Shown: in pieces, positions 7,279-13,180 of the stretch
How the letters are laid out: the number at the start of each line of letters is the position of its first letter
Numbering within the stretch: position 1 is the first letter of the stretch
Source of the DNA: Candidatus Nanopusillus sp.
Lineage (GTDB): Archaea; Nanobdellota; Nanobdellia; Nanobdellales; Nanobdellaceae
Assembly: GCA_046536775.1 (NCBI GenBank)
Contig: JAWDMD010000010.1
Coordinates: 1-17,735, forward strand
Length of the DNA stretch: 17,735 nucleotides
Reading direction: 5' to 3'
Notes under the pieces: model-generated
Databases searched by the model: none
Told to the model about the DNA's origin: nothing
Seen by the model: only the letters and a program-made list of their open reading frames with translations
Translations under genes and position numbers: made by a program

Positions 7279-8185
7279 TATTTTTCTCCTCTAAAATTTC
7301 ATTTATAAGATTCTTATCCCAATCGGGGTGTTCTTTCATTATTTTATTTATATTATAGGAATTATTAACTTTTGCCTCTTCTTTTAAGCTATAAACAAAA
7401 ATTGAAGCAATGAAAAATGTCGATAATAAAATTATTTGCATGTAAAGTTGAGAAATAAATTTTGATAAATTATTAATTTGTATTTTTAAAAAAAGATATG
7501 GTGTTTCGTTTTGAAGAAAAGTTGCAATATAATATTTTTCTCCATTTGTTAAGTTAAAGAAGAATTTTTGGTTATTTCCTAAATTAAATACATAATTTAA
7601 TATAAAATAAGGGTCTGATATAACAATTATTTTACCCTTGTTTATGTATTCTTCAGAAGAAACAGTAAATGGTCCATATATTAAATTTGATCCATTTTTT
7701 ATGTAACTGAAAAAAGAAGTATTAGCTATTGGAGTGCCGTTGTTTAAATACGATGTATAAAATAAAACTAATTTCTCCTTATTGTTAGTTAATGCTAAAG
7801 GGAAAATATTTGACTTATAATTAAATATATCATCATAAACAATTTCATTATTTGTAATAATATTTCCCCCAAGTAATTTAATTAACCCATTAACTAAATT
7901 TCCATCACCAAATATAATAATTTCATTCCCATTTTTTAAAAAGTTATTAAGATTTTGTATATCCTTATTTGTAGGCATTTTCTCTGGATTTACTATTACT
8001 AATACTCCATTAAAATTAAGCATCGAGCTTGAAGTTATCAGTCCAGAAGAATTTTTATACAATGAAGAAATACCATTCCATCCATTATTAAATGGTGAAA
8101 AGGGTTGAGTATTTGGAAAATAAGAAATTAAAATCAACATAACAAAAATAAACGTAATTAACCCTATATTAATTTTTGAGATCAT
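7265..8185 (-). CDS. DUF4350-like bitopic ectoprotein (N- and C-terminal TM anchors, glycosylated middle)
   Basis: The 306-aa ORF begins with an N-terminal TM helix. It then reads NNGWNGISSLYKN...FNGVLVIVNPEKMPTNKDIQNLNNFLKNGNEIIIFGDGN and later GKIIVISDPYFILNYVFNLGNNQKFFFNL. This matches my recollection of DUF4350 (G..al..ll...tlvv..P...e...L..fv..GG.lvl ... vvvl.D...l.N..l...gNa.f.lnl). It has at least 7 sequons and a C-terminal TM helix. The ATGA overlap with the upstream gene is at 8182-8185, and GGGTGAT lies at 8191-8197. Confidence 0.6.
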   Translation of the reverse strand: MISKINIGLITFIFVMLILISYFPNTQPFSPFNNGWNGISSLYKNSSGLITSSSMLNFNGVLVIVNPEKMPTNKDIQNLNNFLKNGNEIIIFGDGNLVNGLIKLLGGNIITNNEIVYDDIFNYKSNIFPLALTNNKEKLVLFYTSYLNNGTPIANTSFFSYIKNGSNLIYGPFTVSSEEYINKGKIIVISDPYFILNYVFNLGNNQKFFFNLTNGEKYYIATFLQNETPYLFLKIQINNLSKFISQLYMQIILLSTFFIASIFVYSLKEEAKVNNSYNINKIMKEHPDWDKNLINEILEEKNNESK

Positions 8186-10020
8186 TTAAAATCACCCAAT
8201 AAAAGAGTAATTAATTCATCGAATTCATTATAATTTAACCCAAAACCATAAATTTCCCTTTCAAGTAAACTTAATAATCTCGATATTTTTTCTTTAGAAA
8301 TAATTTTGGTATTTAAAATTTTAAAATACTCTCTAAGAGTCATTGAATCTTCCAAAATTAACCCGTAATTAAAGTAAATATTGCTGACAAATTTTGAAAA
8401 TGCATCACTTAATATTTTCTTTCTAGTTGATAATATCTCAGGGGTTTTGTTATTCTTCTCTACCTCATTACTTATATTCTTACTTTCCTTTTTTCTTTCT
8501 TTATCATAAATATACTTCAGAGAAGATAATAAAATTGCAGTCCCTAAAACCAATGCTATTGGATTTATAATAAAAACCTCTCTGCTTTCTGAAATTTGAG
8601 AAAAATAACTTTCATTGGGGATTAATAGTAATGTAACGTTTATATGGGAATTCATATATGTTGGAGGAATAGTAATTTTAGCTTGAAATTCCCCTTTTGA
8701 ATTAGTTTTTGTAATAATATTATTTCCTAAATAGCTTATTTTTATCACTGAATTATTTAAATAAGTATTATTAAAATAAGCCACGCCCTTTATTGTTATT
8801 GTTTCTCCAGAAAGTGCTGTTTTAGCCATAGTAAAGTTAATTTTTGGTATAAGTCTGTAAACGTTAATATTAGTTACAAACTGTGCTTTATTGTATATCC
8901 TATTTGACGGTAAAATAAATATTAAGGTATAATTGCCATTAGGTATATCTGGTATTAACAAATTTGTTGAAAAATTATTATTACTTATATTTATCACTTT
9001 TATTAAATTAATTTGTCTAATGTAAATTATTATAGATTTATTAATATAAGGACTTATGTTGAGCAATATCCCATATATTTTTAAATATGTATTGGGTAAA
9101 ATCTTAGTCTTATTTATATGAATTTCAATTTTAGGATTAATAAACAGATTTTTTATGCATATAATTGAAGAATTTTCATGCAAATAATTATATAATTTGT
9201 TAGGTATAAATATTGCATAAATGCAAGTTTTATTATCATAGATATAAGGTATTTTGTAATTATATGAAAATTGTCCATAAGAATTTGTTGTTACATTTAT
9301 TGAATAATCTGGAAAAATCAATTCTACAGTTGCATTACTTATATAGTTATGTAAATATGTTACATTACCATAAATTCTTGTTACATTACCAACCCATGCT
9401 TCAGTTACGTTTGAATATAAATTAACAGTTACATTACCTTTATACGAATTAATTTTTTCCATTAGTTGGTTTATTTGATATGTTAAATTACCTTCAGAAA
9501 TTTCAATTTCATTTAGTCCTTTTTGTAAATAATTGTAAGGGCCTATGCTATTATATATTTCAGAATAAAGATCAGATAACCATATAGTAGAGTAATTTGC
9601 ATTTTCAATTGATTTAAAAGCTTTTTTAGATAAATTATATGCGTAGGATACATTACCTATATTTAAGTAATAATAGCCTAAACTTATGTTTTCCTTTGTT
9701 TCGTTTAATTGATTTATAATTAAATCAAGAAATATATTAACCCTATTAATTAAATTTTCTATGTTTTGATTTATTAATACAGAATTATTAATGCTTTTTA
9801 GAATTAATTTTGAATAAGAATAATTTTGCAAATAAGCCTCATGCATAACTTTATAGTAAGCTAGTGAGAACAATATATTTTGTTGACTAACATGAACATT
9901 AATGTTAAATAAGTTTTTATAATTATAAAAATAAATAGCTGGTAAAGCGATGCTTATACCTATAATAAATAGTAAAAACAGTGAAATTAAAACATTATAT
10001 TTTTGGTAAGTTGAAACCAA
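8182..10020 (-). CDS. large glycosylated bitopic surface protein: helical N-domain, three beta-sandwich-like repeats, TM helix, cytoplasmic DUF4129-like tail
   Basis: The 612-aa ORF has TM1 at about aa 10-32 and TM2 at about aa 487-505. I count 27 N-x-S/T sequons between the two TM helices. Three ~90-aa repeats each contain a ...N(S/N)xG(Q/E)F...IP... core (TNSYGQFSYNYKIP; ISNNNFSTNLLIPDIPNGNYTL; TNSKGEFQAKITIP) and end in NPKI/IPKI/IINP. The C-terminal MTLREYFKIL...ISRLLSLLEREIYGFG resembles the DUF4129 consensus (TPREY....L..L..lYE.aRYG). The TTG start at 10020 has GAGGTG at 10031-10036. Confidence 0.65.
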   Translation of the reverse strand: MVSTYQKYNVLISLFLLFIIGISIALPAIYFYNYKNLFNINVHVSQQNILFSLAYYKVMHEAYLQNYSYSKLILKSINNSVLINQNIENLINRVNIFLDLIINQLNETKENISLGYYYLNIGNVSYAYNLSKKAFKSIENANYSTIWLSDLYSEIYNSIGPYNYLQKGLNEIEISEGNLTYQINQLMEKINSYKGNVTVNLYSNVTEAWVGNVTRIYGNVTYLHNYISNATVELIFPDYSINVTTNSYGQFSYNYKIPYIYDNKTCIYAIFIPNKLYNYLHENSSIICIKNLFINPKIEIHINKTKILPNTYLKIYGILLNISPYINKSIIIYIRQINLIKVINISNNNFSTNLLIPDIPNGNYTLIFILPSNRIYNKAQFVTNINVYRLIPKINFTMAKTALSGETITIKGVAYFNNTYLNNSVIKISYLGNNIITKTNSKGEFQAKITIPPTYMNSHINVTLLLIPNESYFSQISESREVFIINPIALVLGTAILLSSLKYIYDKERKKESKNISNEVEKNNKTPEILSTRKKILSDAFSKFVSNIYFNYGLILEDSMTLREYFKILNTKIISKEKISRLLSLLEREIYGFGLNYNEFDELITLLLGDFK

Positions 10021-10273
10021 TTGAATTTAACACCTCAAGTGCAGCTATAAACAAAAATAATAAAAGTAAGGTGAAGCCTAACAAAGTTATTTTAATTTTT
10101 GATGTTAATACTCTATATGATAAAAAATAAGAAATTGCATATAATCCTAAATATGGACCTAAAACTTCTATATTTAAAAGTGTTAATGATATGAAACCTA
10201 GTGAAATTAAAATTGATAGAATTATAACAAATTTCTTTTGTTTATTCAATTTTAATAACCTCCGCTCTAACAA
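9995..10273 (-). CDS. small 3-TM membrane protein (84-92 aa), unknown function
   Basis: The ORF is hydrophobic throughout. The track start TTG 10273 lacks an SD, whereas TTG 10249 is preceded by GGAGGT (10258-10263, 8-nt spacer) and gives MNKQKKFVIILSIL.... It overlaps both neighbours. Confidence 0.55.
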   Translation of the reverse strand: MLERRLLKLNKQKKFVIILSILISLGFISLTLLNIEVLGPYLGLYAISYFLSYRVLTSKIKITLLGFTLLLLFLFIAALEVLNSIGFNLPKI

Positions 10274-10931
10274 TGATTCCTTGATCCGACTTTATCTCTT
10301 CTATTAATCTTACTGGTTTTCTATAATAGGTGGAGAGAGCACTTAAAGTTATACTTGTTTCTAAAGACCCTAGACATTTATAATATCTAGGAATGTTTAA
10401 ATAACGTCCTTTAGGTTCATTTATATTAACTGTTATTAAATTATTTTCCTTTAATATTTTTACATTGCTAGCCAAATTTAAATCATCAACAATTATGCTG
10501 TTTATCCATGATTCATCACTTACTTTATAATTATATTCAACCTTATGAAAAGGAGGGAAAATAATTATGCCTAAATCATTTGAAACCCTTAGAGGTATCT
10601 TCTTTATATAATCAACTAAATAATAATAATTTTCATCTTCCTTATATGGAATAAATGCTATATTTCTATCATCTTTTTCCGTGTATATAGCCTTACCTAA
10701 AGTATTATATTCTTCCAATAATGCTTCTATATTTAATACAGATGATTCTATCATTTTTCTTAAAGTATATGGTAATATATTGTTATCATCGATACTAAAA
10801 GATGATAGACCAATAACTAATATACCTAATGATACGTAAAACATTTCCATATAGTTTAGGATAAATATGGAAAAGACTGATAATGGAATAGATATAATTA
10901 TTAATATTAATCCAAGTTCTTTAACTTTCAT
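10242..10931 (-). CDS. membrane-anchored protein of unknown function (2 N-terminal TM helices plus a ~170-aa soluble domain)
   Basis: The 229-aa ORF has an ATG start and contains no family motif that I recognise. The soluble part has almost no sequons, which suggests it faces the cytoplasm. It sits in an operonic position and overlaps both neighbours. Confidence 0.6.
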   Translation of the reverse strand: MKVKELGLILIIISIPLSVFSIFILNYMEMFYVSLGILVIGLSSFSIDDNNILPYTLRKMIESSVLNIEALLEEYNTLGKAIYTEKDDRNIAFIPYKEDENYYYLVDYIKKIPLRVSNDLGIIIFPPFHKVEYNYKVSDESWINSIIVDDLNLASNVKILKENNLITVNINEPKGRYLNIPRYYKCLGSLETSITLSALSTYYRKPVRLIEEIKSDQGIIVRAEVIKIE

Positions 10932-11508
10932 TTTTTATTACCCATCTAATTTTTTCATATTGGTATTTTCTATACTTAGCTATAAACAATACTGCAAGCG
11001 TAAAAATATAAATTGATATAGAAACACTATATACATTTAGACCTATTGGTAGTAAATTTAAAATTAAACCCAATAGTGGTAAAATAGCTAAACTCATGCC
11101 TATTGATAATGCACCTCTTTCCAGTTCGCTCCATTCTTCTTTTTTAGGATAGATGCTTTCAATAATTCCATAACCAGGATAAAAAAACAACAAAGGTGAA
11201 ACAACTATGCCTTTTATTAATATATATTTATTGCTCATTAAGATCGATGAAATTAATGATAGAGTTATTACTATAATAGAAAACAAATACCAAGAATTTT
11301 CTATAGAAAAGAAATAAGAGATAAAGCTCCTTTTTTTATTTTCCACTAGCTTAATTTTATTCTCTTGTATTAAATAATAAATTTGTCTTGAGAATTCAAC
11401 TTTATTAATTTTTCCATGTTTTTCTTCTAAATACTTTAATATTTCTTTTATCCTTGTTTTTTCCAAATTTTTGTTCAAATAATTCAAAATATCTTCTTCA
11501 AAAGACAA
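10921..11508 (-). CDS. wHTH-like N-terminal domain fused to a DUF1616-like membrane core
   Basis: The 195-aa ORF has residues 1-57 (MSFEEDILNYLNKNLEKTRIKEILKYLEEKHGKINKVEFSRQIYYLIQENKIKLVE) that look like a small winged-helix domain. Residues ~100-180 read LLFFYPGYGIIESIYPKKEEWSELERGALSIGMSLAILPLLGLILNLLPIGLNVY. This matches my recollection of the DUF1616 membrane signature (lF.PGYal..alfP.k..l..iER.alS.glSla..pl.gl.LN..p.Gi). The TTG start at 11508 has GGTGG at 11516-11520. Confidence 0.6.
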   Translation of the reverse strand: MSFEEDILNYLNKNLEKTRIKEILKYLEEKHGKINKVEFSRQIYYLIQENKIKLVENKKRSFISYFFSIENSWYLFSIIVITLSLISSILMSNKYILIKGIVVSPLLFFYPGYGIIESIYPKKEEWSELERGALSIGMSLAILPLLGLILNLLPIGLNVYSVSISIYIFTLAVLFIAKYRKYQYEKIRWVIKNES

Positions 11509-11510
11509 TT

Positions 11511-11984
11511 TTATGCCACCGTAGAGTTTATATATAATTGATTATATAATCCAGTAAAAACAAAATTTGTACCATTAAACATATATAGCAAAATAACTAT
11601 TTTATAATCTCCTTGTTTGTTAAAAGTTACATTAAAAGGAATAGTATCATTTTGGTTATTGTTTATTAGATCGTAAAATACATAATAAGGTTTCCAATTA
11701 GGATAATGCGTTGAATTGACTATAAAAGAAGAATTAACTATATAAATCTTTATTTGGTATAATGCTATTTTGTTTTCATGGTTTTCTATATATACGTACA
11801 GACTTGTTGAAGAATTAACTGGAACTTGGCTTGGATATCCGCCAAGCTCTTTATTATCGTTTAGTAAAGCTAATAAACTATATGGACCAGGTTTCCAATA
11901 ACTCATGGCAAAATTTATTGAAATTATTACAGCTATAATAATAAAAAATCCTGTAGTGAAATTCCTTATCTTTTTGTCAATCAT
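11511..11984 (-). CDS. N-terminally anchored ectoprotein resembling the extracellular (C-terminal) part of DUF1616 proteins
   Basis: The 157-aa ORF has one N-terminal TM helix. It then reads YSLLALLNDNKELGGYPSQVPVNSSTSLYVYIENHENKIALYQIKIYIVN, which resembles the recalled DUF1616 segment (.eFYiL.....a..YP..l..ge...l.vgI.NhE.....Y.l.v). It has several sequons. The ATG at 11984 has a strong SD, GAGGTGA, at 11991-11997. Confidence 0.5.
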   Translation of the reverse strand: MIDKKIRNFTTGFFIIIAVIISINFAMSYWKPGPYSLLALLNDNKELGGYPSQVPVNSSTSLYVYIENHENKIALYQIKIYIVNSSFIVNSTHYPNWKPYYVFYDLINNNQNDTIPFNVTFNKQGDYKIVILLYMFNGTNFVFTGLYNQLYINSTVA

Positions 11985-12423
11985 TTTTCTTCACCTCATA
12001 GTTTTCATGAGTTTTAAGCCATAACCACCAATAGATTGAAGTTAAGTATTTATATGATAAATATGAAAAAACTAAAAATACAATAATGATAAAAATATTC
12101 TCTATTAATTTTATGTAATATTGCGTCTCTGCTTCATTTAAGATCTTCTGTCCATTTAATGATATATTTTTAGATATAATGTAGGAGTTCATACAAGAAG
12201 TTTCATTATTATAATTTATGCCTGTATTTAAATAATTGATAGATTCCTTAAGATTAATTATATAGTCAGAACTATAGCCAAGTGATGAGGCTTTTGCTAA
12301 ATAGTTATATGAGTTTTCAACTTCTATTAAACTTTGATTGCAAGTAATTGTTAATGCATTTGCCTTAATTGATACGAATAATATAAGAAATATAGGTATT
12401 ATTTGAAGTATTTTTTTGTTCAT
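11977..12423 (-). CDS. small secreted, C-terminally anchored protein (signal peptide, helical Asn/Tyr-rich domain with 2 Cys, C-terminal TM helix)
   Basis: The 148-aa ORF starts MNKKILQIIPIFLILFVSIKANA, which is signal-peptide-like. Its only two cysteines (C28, C77) lie in the ectodomain, and it has sequons NQS, NET, NIS. The C-terminal TM helix is IFIIIVFLVFSYLSY. It is the first gene after the 100-bp gap. Confidence 0.6.
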   Translation of the reverse strand: MNKKILQIIPIFLILFVSIKANALTITCNQSLIEVENSYNYLAKASSLGYSSDYIINLKESINYLNTGINYNNETSCMNSYIISKNISLNGQKILNEAETQYYIKLIENIFIIIVFLVFSYLSYKYLTSIYWWLWLKTHENYEVKKND

Positions 12424-12523
12424 GCATACCCCCTTTTAGTATTTTTTCCTTTATATTATAAATTTTTAGATTTATAAATAACGCAATACCGAAATTTTAT
12501 TTGTACATTTTATTAAATAAATT
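12424..12523 (-). promoter_or_regulatory. only sizeable intergenic gap inside the minus-strand block; candidate internal promoter
   Basis: The palindromic TATA-like ATTTATAAAT lies at 12470-12479, 47-56 nt upstream of the ATG at 12423. A second TATA-like TTTATAATATAAA (minus-strand reading) lies at 12450-12462. GGGGGT (complement of 12429-12434) lies 5 nt upstream of the ATG. There is no strong oligo-T tract after the upstream stop, so read-through is also possible. Confidence 0.35.
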
Positions 12524-13174
12524 TTATTTAGTTATTACAGTTCCATCTTTTATATAATATAATTTATCTGGTAAATCCTCTATTAAATAAGGAGATGAAA
12601 AAATAATAATTTTATTTTCTTCTTTAAATTTTCTAATTAATTTTCTGATTATTTCTTCTCCTGTTTCATCTTGACTGGAAAATGGCTCATCCAAGACTAA
12701 TAATTTTGGATCCTTAATTATGGAAGAGGCTATGCACACCCTTTGTCTTTCTCCCCCACTTAATTTGTCTATATCCTCATATTCTAAGCCTTCAAGTCCG
12801 AAATCTTTAATTAGTTTAATTGCTTTATTAAATGCTATTTTTTTGTCAACTTTCTTAAGGATTAACGGTAACATAATGCTTTCTATAACGTTGTTACCTT
12901 TTATTAGCCTGTAATCTTGCTCAACATATCCTATATAGTTTAATCTAATCTTTGCTAGTTTTGAATCATTAAATGAACTTATATCGATGTTGTTAAATAT
13001 TATTTTTCCTCTAGTTGCTTTCTCTATTAATGAAATAATTTTCAGAAGAGTTGATTTTCCAGATCCATTCTTTCCATATATTTCTATTAAGCTACCTTCT
13101 TCTAGCTTTAAGTTAATATTTTTTAACACGATTTTTCCGTTTCTTTCATAAAAAACATTTTCTAAAACCATCAT
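12524..13174 (-). CDS. ABC transporter ATP-binding protein (MacB/LolD-like NBD) with a non-canonical H-loop
   Basis: The 216-aa ORF has Walker A GKNGSGKST (13049-13075), a Q-loop (VEQD), the ABC signature LSGGERQR and Walker B LLVLDEP. The D-loop reads SSQD. The expected switch-His position reads IIIFSSPY (12587-12601) and has no His. GGTGA at 13181-13185 lies 6 nt upstream of the ATGATG start. Confidence 0.93.
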   Translation of the reverse strand: MMVLENVFYERNGKIVLKNINLKLEEGSLIEIYGKNGSGKSTLLKIISLIEKATRGKIIFNNIDISSFNDSKLAKIRLNYIGYVEQDYRLIKGNNVIESIMLPLILKKVDKKIAFNKAIKLIKDFGLEGLEYEDIDKLSGGERQRVCIASSIIKDPKLLVLDEPFSSQDETGEEIIRKLIRKFKEENKIIIFSSPYLIEDLPDKLYYIKDGTVITK

Positions 13175-13180
13175 ATAATT

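Noticed and set aside
9213-9425. 70-aa plus-strand ORF from the track
   Set aside because: It lies antisense inside the 612-aa surface-protein gene. It has no SD, and its low-complexity His/Leu/Tyr-rich sequence is a shadow ORF.
5204-10020. Anti-phage or conflict system reading, given that MoxR-VWA-type ternary systems have been proposed as conflict systems
   Set aside because: No nuclease, protease, TIR/Sir2, effector-like or VWA-MIDAS domains are visible. The partners are glycosylated structural-looking ectoproteins and the neighbourhood is glycan biosynthesis, so an envelope role is more parsimonious. This is not excluded without HMM or structure searches.
12720-12914. 64-aa plus-strand ORF from the track
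   Set aside because: It lies antisense to the ABC ATPase gene, across its signature and Walker B region. It is a shadow ORF.
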